A stretch of DNA of 62,825 nucleotides, filler included, from Candidatus Huberarchaeum crystalense (GTDB taxonomy: Archaea > Huberarchaeota > Huberarchaeia > Huberarchaeales > Huberarchaeaceae), in NCBI GenBank assembly GCA_002790315.1. It is 10 parts of 10 records of this genome, joined end to end, with 100 filler letters (N's around TTAATTAATTAA, not from the genome) between each part and the next. Parts side by side here need not be neighbours in the genome. Positions count along the whole stretch, not along the records: positions 2,291 to 32,441 come from PFUW01000017.1; positions 32,542 to 35,177 come from PFUW01000001.1; positions 35,278 to 38,024 come from PFUW01000005.1; 7 more parts are not named here. The stretch is one strand, 5' to 3'. A program made the position numbers and the translations under genes. The notes below the pieces were generated by a model, which worked only from the letters and a program-made list of their open reading frames with translations, was not told the DNA's origin and did no database searches. Below, one piece after another: positions 27,828 through 38,124 of the stretch. Positions within the stretch are counted from its first letter, which is position 1. The number at the start of each line of letters is the position of its first letter.

Positions 27828-28409
27828 ATGGGTTTATTTGCAAAACTACAAGCAATTTGGAAAAAACCGAACGATGTCGAAGAAAAACTTCAGCGAAAAC
27901 GAATGATTTCTTGGAGAAAAGACAGAGTAGTTGTTAGAGTTGATCGACCTACAAAACTTCAAAGGGCGCGCGCATTAGGGTACAAAGCAAAAAAAGGATT
28001 TATAATAGTTAGAGTGCGCGAAAAAAGCGGAGGCAGACATCGAGAATATCCAACAGGTGGAAGAAAGCCAAAGCACTCTGGTTTGCGAAAATATACTCCT
28101 AAAAAAAGTTTGCAGTGGATTGCAGAAGAAAAAGCAAACCGCAAATATCCAAACCTAAATGTATTAAACTCTTATTTTGTAGGCGACGATGGAGCGCAAA
28201 AATGGTATGAAGTTATTTTAGTTGATCCAAAAGCACCAGAAATCATAAATAGTAAAGATTTAAAATGGATTAGTGAAAAAGCGAACAAAGCAAGAGTTTT
28301 TAGAGGTTTGACCAGCGCAGGAAAAAAAAGCAGAGGTTTGAGAAACAAAGGATATGAAGCTGAAAGACAAAGACCAAGCTTGGCTGCAAAGGGTAATCGC
28401 GGGAAATAG
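27828..28409 (+). CDS. rpl15e: 50S ribosomal protein eL15
   Basis: RPT...RARALGYKAK.G, SLQ.IAEE.A.RKYPNL.VLNSY.V..DG..KWYEVILVDP, RGLTSAG.K.RGL. Confidence 0.97.
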   Translation: MGLFAKLQAIWKKPNDVEEKLQRKRMISWRKDRVVVRVDRPTKLQRARALGYKAKKGFIIVRVREKSGGRHREYPTGGRKPKHSGLRKYTPKKSLQWIAEEKANRKYPNLNVLNSYFVGDDGAQKWYEVILVDPKAPEIINSKDLKWISEKANKARVFRGLTSAGKKSRGLRNKGYEAERQRPSLAAKGNRGK

Positions 28410-28522
28410 TTAATTTTATTAACTTTACAACACCGCACCACAAAATATAACAATTTTTTAAATATAACTGTTTGTTATATATCTCTACAACAAGTCTGTT
28501 TTTAAATATTCTTATATAAAAA

Positions 28523-28683
28523 CATATAAGTAAAGAAGGTTTATTGTGTGATTTAGAAAACTATGATTGAATAGAAAATCACTGCAAATTAATCCTGAAT
28601 CTACAGATGTGCGCGAGAATATAGAAAAGGTAGATGAGAAAATAAGAGACCTGCGCAGACTGCTAGCAATAAGAACAATGTAA
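28523..28683 (+). pseudogene. Possible TPR-gene relic
   Basis: Two frames read HISKEGLLCDLENYD* and RKSLQINPESTDVRENIEKV..., like the two halves of one TPR unit. Confidence 0.4.
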
Positions 28684-28721
28684 GTATAACATTATAAGCA
28701 AAGCAATATTATAAAAACAAT

Positions 28722-30233
28722 ATGGGCCAAGCATCAAATAAAACAGAAAAAAGCGAAAAATCATCAGAGTGCGCGCTGACAATCGAGAAAATACAGCGAT
28801 TTTGCTATGACAATGCATTTGTTTATCCGTCAGGCGAGATTTATAATGGTTTTGCAGGCTTTTGGGATTATGGGCCGCGCGGGGTTGAAGTCAAGAACGC
28901 AATAAAACACAGTTGGTGGAAGCGATTTGTTCTGTCGCAGAGTAATGTTGTGGGAATTGACGGAGCAATAATAACAAATCCGCGTGCATGGGAGGCAAGC
29001 GGCCATGTTGCTCGCTTTAAGGACTTGCTAATAATATGTAAAAACTGCAACAAAAGGTACAGAGCAGACCATCTTGTTGAAGATATTTTAAAGATTCAAA
29101 CAGAAGATATGTCTATCGAAGATATTAATAAAAAAATTAAAGAAAACAAAATTAAATGTCCTGAATGTAATGGTGATTTAGGAGATATTACCCAAGCGAG
29201 TCAAATGATTTCAGCCTCAGCAGGAGGAATTAATTGTTATTTGCGACCAGAAACAGCACAGGTAATTTTTCTAAATTTCAAACTTATTCAAAAACAAATG
29301 CGACTAAAATTGCCTTTTGGGATTGCACAAATTGGAAAGGCATTTAGAAATGAAATTTCACCTCGCGATTTTCTATTCAGATCGCGCGAATTTGAGCAAA
29401 TGGAAATAGAGTTTTTTGCTAATCCTAAAAAATCAAGCAAAGACCTTAGTGGTGAGTGGAAAAATGATGAATTTGTTGTTAATACGCGCGAAAATCAAAA
29501 TGAAAAAAAACAACCCTTGCAATTAAAATTTAAAGATCTAAAAGCAAACCTCTGGCAACAATATTGGATTTGGCAAATGGCAGATTGGCTTATGTGTGAT
29601 TTAGGAATTAGAAAAGAAAATTTAAGGTTGCGCGAACACTTAAAAGACGAGCTCTCGCACTATTCTATTGCGACATTTGATATTGAGTATAAATTTCCTT
29701 TTGGATGGAAAGAAATAATAGGAATCGCTGATCGTGGAAATTATGATCTTGCTCAGCATTCTAAATTTTCGGGTGATGATTTGGATTATTTTGACGATGA
29801 AACTGGCGAGAAAGTTCTTCCTATTGTTGTTGCAGAACCTTCTATTGGTGTTGATCGCGTTTTTCTTGCGCTTTTGAGCGATGCATACAAAGAAGAATAT
29901 GTAAAAGGAGAAAAGCGCGTTGTGCTGCGATTAAAACCAAAATTCGCGCCTGTTTTTATTGGAATTTTTCCGCTCGTAAAAAAAGGCGGGTTAAATGAAA
30001 AAGCAGAAGAAATATTTGATTTGCTAAAAAATGATTTTGTCTGCAATTATGATGAAAAGGGCTCAATCGGCAGACGTTATCGCAGAATTGACGAGCTTGG
30101 CGCGCCATTTGCAATAACTGTTGATTTTCAAACATTAAAGGACGAAACTGTAACTCTGAGAGAAAGGGATAGTATGAAGCAAGAGCGGGTGAAAATTGAA
30201 AATTTGAAAGATGTTTTGAAGCAAAAGTATTAA
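28722..30233 (+). CDS. glyS: Glycine--tRNA ligase (alpha2 type)
   Basis: DYGP.G, W.ASGH, YLRPETAQ, QIGKAFRNEISPR, REFEQME, EPSIGVDR, GSIGRRYRR.DE.G. Confidence 0.97.
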   Translation: MGQASNKTEKSEKSSECALTIEKIQRFCYDNAFVYPSGEIYNGFAGFWDYGPRGVEVKNAIKHSWWKRFVLSQSNVVGIDGAIITNPRAWEASGHVARFKDLLIICKNCNKRYRADHLVEDILKIQTEDMSIEDINKKIKENKIKCPECNGDLGDITQASQMISASAGGINCYLRPETAQVIFLNFKLIQKQMRLKLPFGIAQIGKAFRNEISPRDFLFRSREFEQMEIEFFANPKKSSKDLSGEWKNDEFVVNTRENQNEKKQPLQLKFKDLKANLWQQYWIWQMADWLMCDLGIRKENLRLREHLKDELSHYSIATFDIEYKFPFGWKEIIGIADRGNYDLAQHSKFSGDDLDYFDDETGEKVLPIVVAEPSIGVDRVFLALLSDAYKEEYVKGEKRVVLRLKPKFAPVFIGIFPLVKKGGLNEKAEEIFDLLKNDFVCNYDEKGSIGRRYRRIDELGAPFAITVDFQTLKDETVTLRERDSMKQERVKIENLKDVLKQKY

Positions 30234-30268
30234 GAAAATTATAATTTTATTTTGTTTATAAAAACCTT

Positions 30269-31345
30269 ATGGACCCTGAAAAGTTTAGATTACATTCATT
30301 TGTTAAAAATTTAGAAGCCAAGCGCGCGAGACATACTGAGTTAATTTCAGTATATATTCCTGCTGGTTCTGATTTGAATATTATGATTTCAATGCTTCAA
30401 AGAGAGCGCGGAACAGCAGAAAACATAAAATCAGCGACAGTGAAAAAAAATGTGACCTCTGCTCTTGAGAAAATAGTGCAAAAATTGCGCGCAAACTACA
30501 AACAAACTCCTCCTAAAGGTGTAGCTATTTTTTGCGGAAATATAAGTGAAGATCTTGGAAGTGAAAAGTTTATAACAGAGATGATTGAGCCACCAGAACC
30601 ACTTAAAATCAAAATATATAGATGTGAGCGGGAATTTATTCTTGATCCACTGAAAGAGCAGTTGGTTTCTCGAAATGTTTATGGTTTGCTTACAATGGAC
30701 AGAAGCGAGGCAGCAATGGGTTTTTTAGATGGAAATACAATAAAAGTTACTAAGACCTTTGAGCCTATGATTGTAGGAAAACACCGCGCAGGAGGGCAAT
30801 CAGCTCAACGTTTTGACAGAATTCGCGAAGGGCAAATTTTGCAGTACTATAAAGAATTGGCAAATGCGTGTCGTATTTTTATTGATTCTTCTGTAAAAGG
30901 CGTTCTAATTGGCGGACCAATACCAACAAAAGATAATTTTATAGCACAACATTTGATGCCATTAGAAGTAGAGCGAAAAATTATCAAAGTTGTTGATATG
31001 TCTATCTCAACAGAGATATCATTAAAAGATCTTGTTGAGCTTTCCAAAGACGCATTGCGAGATAATGAATTAGTCAAAGAGCGCGAAGCAGTTGATGTAT
31101 TTTTCAAGCGAATCAGCATAGGTGACTCCAAAATCCTTTTTGGAAAAGACCAAATTCTTGAAGCACTAAACAATAGATTAGTTAAACATCTGCTGGTTTC
31201 AGAAAACCTTGATAGCAAACTTATGGATGTATTGTTAGATCTCGCAGTAAAAACAGGCTCTAATTTTGACATTATTTCACGCAACCATTCTGAAGGCGAG
31301 CAGTTTTATCAAATAGGTGGTGTTGGGGCTATTTTAAAATATTAG
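30269..31345 (+). CDS. prf1: Peptide chain release factor aRF1
   Basis: TELISVYIP, NIKS, YRC...F, GKHRAGGQSAQRF, GG.GAIL.Y. Confidence 0.96.
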   Translation: MDPEKFRLHSFVKNLEAKRARHTELISVYIPAGSDLNIMISMLQRERGTAENIKSATVKKNVTSALEKIVQKLRANYKQTPPKGVAIFCGNISEDLGSEKFITEMIEPPEPLKIKIYRCEREFILDPLKEQLVSRNVYGLLTMDRSEAAMGFLDGNTIKVTKTFEPMIVGKHRAGGQSAQRFDRIREGQILQYYKELANACRIFIDSSVKGVLIGGPIPTKDNFIAQHLMPLEVERKIIKVVDMSISTEISLKDLVELSKDALRDNELVKEREAVDVFFKRISIGDSKILFGKDQILEALNNRLVKHLLVSENLDSKLMDVLLDLAVKTGSNFDIISRNHSEGEQFYQIGGVGAILKY

Positions 31346-31557
31346 ATAAATTTTTAAGATTTGGTTTTTTGTTTGCTTTTTTTATTTGGGTTATTTATCA
31401 GTGATTTTTGTAATTTTGTTAGAGTTTATTTATTTATTTTTGGTTTTTTGTTTGCTTTTTTGTCTTTTTTATTAATTCTGCTTTTTGTTTTTTCTTGCCT
31501 TTGTGTCTTTTAATTTTTGCTTATTTGTTTGTTTTTATCTATTTTTATTTGTTTGTT

Positions 31558-32441
31558 TTAATATTTTATTTTTTCTTTTTTTATCTTTTTTTGCTCTTGT
31601 TTTGTTTTTTCTTTTTTTATCTTTTTTTGCTCTTGCTCTTGCTCTTTTGTCCTCCTTCTCTTTTGGTNNNNNNNNNNNNNNNNGTGATATTTATCTTGCT
31701 GTTTTAGCCAAAATTTATATATTACTCCCAACACAATTATTATTACACTTAATAATAGCCACCAATACCAGCAAAAAATAAAGACAATGCCGCACCCGAA
31801 GCTAAAAAAACAACAATTTAAAGAATTATTTATTTTGTTTATTATGTTGTCAATAGGTTCTGAGTAAATATCAGTTATTTGCGAAGATGCTGTTAAATTA
31901 CCTTTTGTTGCTGTTATATCGCGCATTCCTAAAAACCCAGTAAATGTTGCTTTTCCATTTTTGTCTGTTGTTTTTGTTTGATTTCCATAAATAACTGTTG
32001 CATCCTCCACCACATGGTTTTTATCATCTATAATAATTATTGTAAATTCTCTACCTTTAAACACTTTTTGAGGCGACAACACAATAGCAATTGATTGAAC
32101 AACATCAAATACACAATCAGATGGGCAGGTTTCATTTTCACCCTCACTACATATTTTGTCACCGCAAAACGCTTTAATACAATTTTTGACAGAAATGTTA
32201 TATTCTTGTCTGTTGCCAATGTGTATAAATACTAACAAGTGTTTACCTTCTGTGGTTATAAAAGTAATTTTGCCGTTGCGGTCAGTATATCCAATCCTTT
32301 TTCCGTCGAGAAAAACTCCAAAATCACTATAAGGAAACTTGATTGTAATATTTTCACCTGCGCACAAATCAGTTAAATAAGTTAAATTGTAATTAAGTTT
32401 ATCCCCACTACTAACAGCTCCACCACCTCCACTTCCTCCAC
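31558..32441 (-). CDS. Cell-surface protein, C-terminal part (5'-truncated)
   Basis: Frame open to the contig edge; Gly/Ser linker, T..NG...F beta-sandwich repeats, CGD..CS.GE...CPSDC, CC....C......CWYWW plus TM helix, Lys/Glu tail containing an N-gap. Confidence 0.75.
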
Positions 32442-32547
32442 NNNNNNNNNNNNNNNNNNNNNNNNNNNNNNNNNNNNNNNNNNNNTTAATTAATTAANNN
32501 NNNNNNNNNNNNNNNNNNNNNNNNNNNNNNNNNNNNNNNNNTAGCAC

Positions 32548-33090
32548 TTACAACAAATCATTTATTATTTTTCTTGGCCAACCCAAATATGGAACAACTA
32601 AAAATGCTTTGCCAATTACTGCGTTTTCTGGGATTTGGGTAGGGTCTCTTATTAAATTGTTGTCTCCTTTTGTAATAAAAAATATTTTGCTTCCAATTTC
32701 TTTTACTTCAACAACCCGGTGAATAATAATAAAATCACTTCTTACAAATTCTGGTGCCGCAACCTTTAAATTATACAAAATAACATCTCCTTTTTTTATG
32801 TTTTTTGGCGCCACTGCAATAACCATATCACCCGCATTAAATCCGTTTCCAAGCACAAGGCCATCAATGTCTGAGGTTGTGAAATTGTGTTGCAACAGCC
32901 AATCTTTCCACACATCGTTATTATGTTCCATACTTGACGAAACAACACTATTTATAGGAGAAGAAGTTCCAAAAACAAAAGGAAGCACAACAAAAAATAC
33001 AAACAAAAAAACTGCAAAATAACAAACAAGCTGCACAAGTTCTGAAGAATCATACAACTTTTTTAGTTCAAATATTCTCTTTTTTACCAT
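32548..33090 (-). CDS. Signal peptidase I (archaeal Sec11-type S26)
   Basis: TM helix, V.S.SME, GD, IIHRV, TKGDNN...D, VIGK....VPYLGW. Confidence 0.9.
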   Translation of the reverse strand: MVKKRIFELKKLYDSSELVQLVCYFAVFLFVFFVVLPFVFGTSSPINSVVSSSMEHNNDVWKDWLLQHNFTTSDIDGLVLGNGFNAGDMVIAVAPKNIKKGDVILYNLKVAAPEFVRSDFIIIHRVVEVKEIGSKIFFITKGDNNLIRDPTQIPENAVIGKAFLVVPYLGWPRKIINDLL

Positions 33091-33204
33091 TATTATCTTA
33101 CTCCTAATAATTTAGATTGCTCTCTGTTTATCTTTTTTAATCTTTTTTTTACCATTATTATCTTACTCCTAATAATTTAGATTGCTCTCTGTTTATCTTT
33201 TTTA
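33080..33204. repeat. 65-bp tandem duplication including the SD and start codon of the signal peptidase gene
   Basis: accattattatcttactcctaataatttagattgctctctgtttatctttttta at 33086 and 33151. Confidence 0.92.
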
Positions 33205-33254
33205 GTTTAAATAGTTCTCTTTTTATCTTTGTTAGAATTGTGACCATAATTTTT

Positions 33255-33944
33255 TTACTCATCAATTTGACGAACACCCAAATCTTGAAATTTGTTTGTT
33301 TTTTTGTCTTTTTTACTAATTATGCTTTTTGTTTTTTCTTGGTTAGTCAATTCTTTTGCTTGTTGTGTTTCCTTTTTTAATTTCTCTTTTTTTTCACCAC
33401 ACATCTGGCGACAATATTCTTCAATTTCAGTATTAGTCATACAAACAATTTCTTCTTTTTTACCATTTGTTGTTGCTTTATATTTTTGCGAAAGTGCTTT
33501 TAAGTCCTCGGTCAAGCGCGTTTTAATGATTTTGCAAATATAGATTACTGGCTTATCAACCTGTTGGTAGACAGCGCGCAAAAAGATAATTATTTTATAA
33601 AATATAAACCCAAAAAAACCAACGAAAAAGATTCGCAAAAGCGCAACATAATCAAAAGACAAACCAAAATTAAAATGAGAATTCAAAAAAACAACTAAAA
33701 GAGTCAAAACTGCGCCAATAACTGATGACATTATTAATAATTTAGATAATTGGTAAATAATATAAAAAGCCACAAGCAAAACCAATATTCCTATAAACAC
33801 ATCAGAAGAAGATCCAAAATTAGGCATAGGCAAATACAAAGCAGAAGTTAAATAAACGATGATTTGATTTATTGGACGAAAAAACAAAATATCAAGAAAC
33901 ACAGAAATATAGTTCCATATTATTCCCAAGACATCAAAGCTCAT
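33255..33944 (-). CDS. Hypothetical membrane protein
   Basis: About 4 TM helices followed by a Lys-rich tail. Confidence 0.6.
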   Translation of the reverse strand: MSFDVLGIIWNYISVFLDILFFRPINQIIVYLTSALYLPMPNFGSSSDVFIGILVLLVAFYIIYQLSKLLIMSSVIGAVLTLLVVFLNSHFNFGLSFDYVALLRIFFVGFFGFIFYKIIIFLRAVYQQVDKPVIYICKIIKTRLTEDLKALSQKYKATTNGKKEEIVCMTNTEIEEYCRQMCGEKKEKLKKETQQAKELTNQEKTKSIISKKDKKTNKFQDLGVRQIDE

Positions 33945-33945
33945 A

Positions 33946-34425
33946 TTATTTTTGAGAGACCTTATTAACAAACCACAGAATTGCGATGATTGTTGTTAGT
34001 ATTGCAAATAACTGAACAAACCAATAAAAAGAAATTGAAAATGGCTGAGAATATATTGGCCAAAAAGCAAAAATATTTGAATGTGTGCAAATATCTAAAA
34101 CTATGTGCGAAAATGTGCCGAGCAATGCTCCACTAAAAATTGCCGCTGTACTGTAATTATCATCTATTTTTAAAGACGTTGTAATATTTTTAAGGTGCGA
34201 ACAAAGAAGCAAAACTATAACAGCTACAACAATACCAAGCCAAAGCGCGCCAAAAAAACTGTGAAAAATAGGGTCATGCGTCTCGCAACCAAGAAAAATC
34301 AAACACACAGCTGCTTTAGAATCAACTATAATGCTTCCAAACAAAAGCCCAGCAAGGTTTATGTGTTTTTTAAATATATACCACAAAATAAATGCAGGAC
34401 CGAGATGAAAAGGTGTTAGGGGCAT
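33946..34425 (-). CDS. Membrane-bound metal-dependent hydrolase (YdjM/DUF4184-like)
   Basis: MP.TPFH, D, H...HS and SH..LD motifs within TM helices. Confidence 0.75.
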   Translation of the reverse strand: MPLTPFHLGPAFILWYIFKKHINLAGLLFGSIIVDSKAAVCLIFLGCETHDPIFHSFFGALWLGIVVAVIVLLLCSHLKNITTSLKIDDNYSTAAIFSGALLGTFSHIVLDICTHSNIFAFWPIYSQPFSISFYWFVQLFAILTTIIAILWFVNKVSQK

Positions 34426-34460
34426 AATTTAATTTAAAAGTTAATTTAAAAGTCTGTAGC

Positions 34461-35177
34461 TCAATTGCAAGCATATTTTTTACCATCAATATTTTTAGGA
34501 CCACAAATACAAGCATCCCAATAAGGACTATATCCTGATAATGCTCCCTCACAGGTTTTATCATAAGAAACCCCCTCTTTATTATAATTAGTACAATAAT
34601 AAGGACACTTACATCTTGCTCGATAAACCTCAGAACCAATAGTTTCATAATCTGTATCACAGAGTGTGTTACATGCCTCTTTGCGAGTAATATTAGAATT
34701 ACTAGAGCATGCCTTAGTTTTTATTGCATTTGTGTCAGAAAATATATACATTTCAGAATCACTTGTTTTTAATTCCTTGCTACCTTCACTATTTTGACAA
34801 TGAGGTCCAAGATTGTCAGTATATATACATCCATAAGAACAATATTCTTCACGCCAAGTTATATCTTGCTTATTTTCATTTTCAAGAGTATATGCTGAAT
34901 CATCTGCAAGGCATAAAGTATTTTTATCTCCACAATATTTTATTGCAAACACATTATTAAAATAAACTTTTCCTCTCTTGTATGTCTTGAACTTAGAGCG
35001 ATTATAATTACATTTTGTGGTAGAGGTAGGAGATGTAAAAGATATAACCTCACAATTACCTGTTGTACTATTGCAAGTACCAACACAACTACTAATACTC
35101 CATTCAACTATATCTTTATCACTAATTTTTGCTGTGCAAATGCTGTTTGTACTTTTATTGCAATAAGTCAAACAATC
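34461..35177 (-). CDS. Cys-rich, probably extracellular protein, C-terminal fragment
   Basis: Frame open to the contig edge; many Cys and N-x-S/T sequons. Confidence 0.6.
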   Translation of the reverse strand, partial: DCLTYCNKSTNSICTAKISDKDIVEWSISSCVGTCNSTTGNCEVISFTSPTSTTKCNYNRSKFKTYKRGKVYFNNVFAIKYCGDKNTLCLADDSAYTLENENKQDITWREEYCSYGCIYTDNLGPHCQNSEGSKELKTSDSEMYIFSDTNAIKTKACSSNSNITRKEACNTLCDTDYETIGSEVYRARCKCPYYCTNYNKEGVSYDKTCEGALSGYSPYWDACICGPKNIDGKKYACN

Positions 35178-35277
35178 NNNNNNNNNNNNNNNNNNNNNNN
35201 NNNNNNNNNNNNNNNNNNNNNTTAATTAATTAANNNNNNNNNNNNNNNNNNNNNNNNNNNNNNNNNNNNNNNNNNNN

Positions 35278-38024
35278 TGTTGCTTTTGGGATGTCGTGCT
35301 CTTCAAACTCACCGTCGAGTTTATAAGTGACTGACGCTTCACCGCCATCTGCTTTGATTGTTGGTATTTTCCACAAAATCATATTGTCCTTAACAACTCC
35401 TCCTCTTGAAATTCCTGACCCAGAAGTATTTTGCGGCAATTCATCCTCAATAATTATATTTTTTATATCTGCTTTTGTTTTGTTTTTCACTGTAATGTAT
35501 ACATTGTTGTTTTCGTCAATGAATTTTGTTGCTTTGACTTTTTTTCGCAAAAATAACCATGCTAAAATTCCTGCAATTGCAATTAACAAAAGCCACCATA
35601 AGTTAGAAAGTGCTCCTAAAAATATACCTGTGATTCCACTACTGGCTGCTATTGGTTCATTGTAAAGTGTAATTTTCTTTGTCATTCTTTTTTCACTATA
35701 ACTTATAGAAACATTTGCCCCAGAATTGTTTGCTCCATAATTATTCACATTAAATATGTAGCATGCCTCTTTTCCTGACAAAACATAGATAGTAGTTGAA
35801 GTATGATTAAAAGTCCAGTTTGATTTTGGATCTATGTTGACAGAAATTTTAACATAACCAGAAGTGCAATTAGTTGCAATTACGCACACCTTAATTGCTT
35901 TTGTAGCGTTTATTGTTGTGATTTTTTCAATTGTTGGTTGATTTACAGATGTTTGGTTTGCTGTCAAATTTGTCAATGTTATGTTAGTGATATTTTCTGT
36001 TGTATTATTATTGGATCTATTTGTTGTCGAGGATAAAAGGTTCACTTCTGCGTGAATTTCAGAAACGCTGAAGTTTGCTATCTCAAACACACAAACAGGT
36101 TTTGGTTTTTCATATTTAACTTTTAGCACACAGCCATAGTAATAGTGGCTTATTTGCTTTGGTTTTGCAGTAATTGTGCAGATGCCTTCGTCAGTAAGAG
36201 ATATGTTAATAGGATGCACTTCTGCAATAAGATTTGAAGTAATGCTTATATTTGAACAATTTGTTTCAAAATCATAGAAGTCAATGACTTTTGCCAAAGA
36301 TGCATTGCTAATATTCGCAATGTTAAGTCCTGACATTGTAAAATTAAATGTCGCTGTTGGGGATGTTAAAATATATTTCCCTTGTTGCAAAGGATAATTT
36401 CCAATAAAGTTGCATCCAATATTTGATTTTACATGGTATACCTTGCTACTGGTTGTGTGTACAACGCATACTCCGCAATCAGCAGGGCAAGTTGAGCAAT
36501 TCTCATCTTTGTCAGATTCACACATTCCATTACCACAACAAGATAAATCATTACCATCACAATTTTGGTCAATTCCATCGCCGCAGATTTCTGTTGCTCC
36601 TGGATGAATGCTTGCATTACTATCATTGCAATCTGTGTTATTTGTTACATAGCCTGTCGGTGGTTGTGTGCAAGTAGTATTTGCTGTACAATTTAAAGTA
36701 ATTGTATCTGTTGCATTTCCATAACCATCATTGTCAGCATCGCGGTAGTATGTGTAAATCACATCAATTGAGCCATTGGTTTGGTTGGTTTGGTTTGTTC
36801 CGCTTGACGAATTGACACTTACGCTGTTTGCAGTAATATTTGTTATATTAACTTTTAATTGTGTTGTAAGATTTATTGCACAAGAAGTGGCATTTTTCAA
36901 GATTGAAACATTCCACTTACAAAGGTTTGTTGTCGCATTGCAATCCCCAGCAAATCCAATACAATCTGAACTGTTGCTTATTATTATTAAATTACTTGAA
37001 ACTTGGTCAATTATTGTTAAATTTTCGTCTGTTCTATCACCTGTGTTGTTCAAAACAATTGTATATAAAATTGAGTCGCTGGCGCGCGCATTTGTCGCGT
37101 TTGCTGTTTTTGTCACAATTGTGTTTGGATGTGTAATATTTATTGTTTCATTGGTCGTTGCGTTTATTGTATTGCCGTTAATCGTAAGGTTGGCTGTGTT
37201 TATTGGAACTTGTAAGGTATTTGGCTTTACTTTTGTGGTAAGATTTATTATACAAACAGAATTATTCTCTAATGTTGAAATTGTAAAGTTGCAAAAGTTT
37301 GTTGTCGCATTACATTCACTGCTTGCGTTTTCGCAAGATGTTGTATTGCTAATAATTGTCAAATTCTCAAATAATTGATCTATCACACTAATATTTGATG
37401 CGTTGCCATCACCAGTATTATTAAGTGTGAGTATATATATGATTTGATCACCAACATTTACAGGATTAGAATAAACTGCTGTTTTTGTTATAGTCACATT
37501 AGCTTCGCTTATTTTGTTTAATGTCCACCCCCCACTACCTAATTCAAAAGATGATGTTGTTGAAGATGTTATTGTTGTTGAAGTTGAGAATGTGTGTTTA
37601 ACATTCCCTAATACGCGCACAACATTTGTAAAATTTCTGTTTTCGTCAAAATCATTTGATTGAAGTACATGGGTCGCAGAATAAAATTTTGTTTCGCCCA
37701 CATTAAAGTTACCGATGGCTTGCACAAAGTTAATTTGCGAATCATTGAGAACAACGTCTGTTAAATTCACTGTTCCATTGTTTGTTACATTAATTGTATA
37801 AGTGATTGTGTCGCCAACTTTTGCAGTGTGCGGGCCTGTTTTTAGAACACTTACACTAGGGTTAACATCAATCCCATCGCAATTTTCGTCAATTCCGTTA
37901 CGCCACAAAGCTGGATTTCCAAACTCGTTTATGCCTGGGTGGATTGATGCTTTGTTGTCATTACAGTCTGTGTTATTTGTTGTATATCCTGCTGGTGATG
38001 TGCATGCTTGAATTGTGTTTGTTG
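35278..38024 (-). CDS. Large surface glycoprotein with MopE-related putative metal-binding repeats and DUF11-like domains (truncated at both ends)
   Basis: [11 protein letters not shown]...[27 protein letters not shown]......GD.I.Y.I...N.G repeats; dense sequons; late TM helix; frame open across the whole contig. Confidence 0.85.
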
Positions 38025-38124
38025 NNNNNNNNNNNNNNNNNNNNNNNNNNNNNNNNNNNNNNNNNNNNTTAATTAATTAANNNNNNNNNNNNNNNNNNNN
38101 NNNNNNNNNNNNNNNNNNNNNNNN

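Noticed and set aside
31485-31781. Phe/Leu-rich ORFs (also 9117-9311, 45486-45737) and other short antisense ORFs
   Set aside because: These are translations of T-rich low-complexity DNA or shadows of real genes on the other strand.
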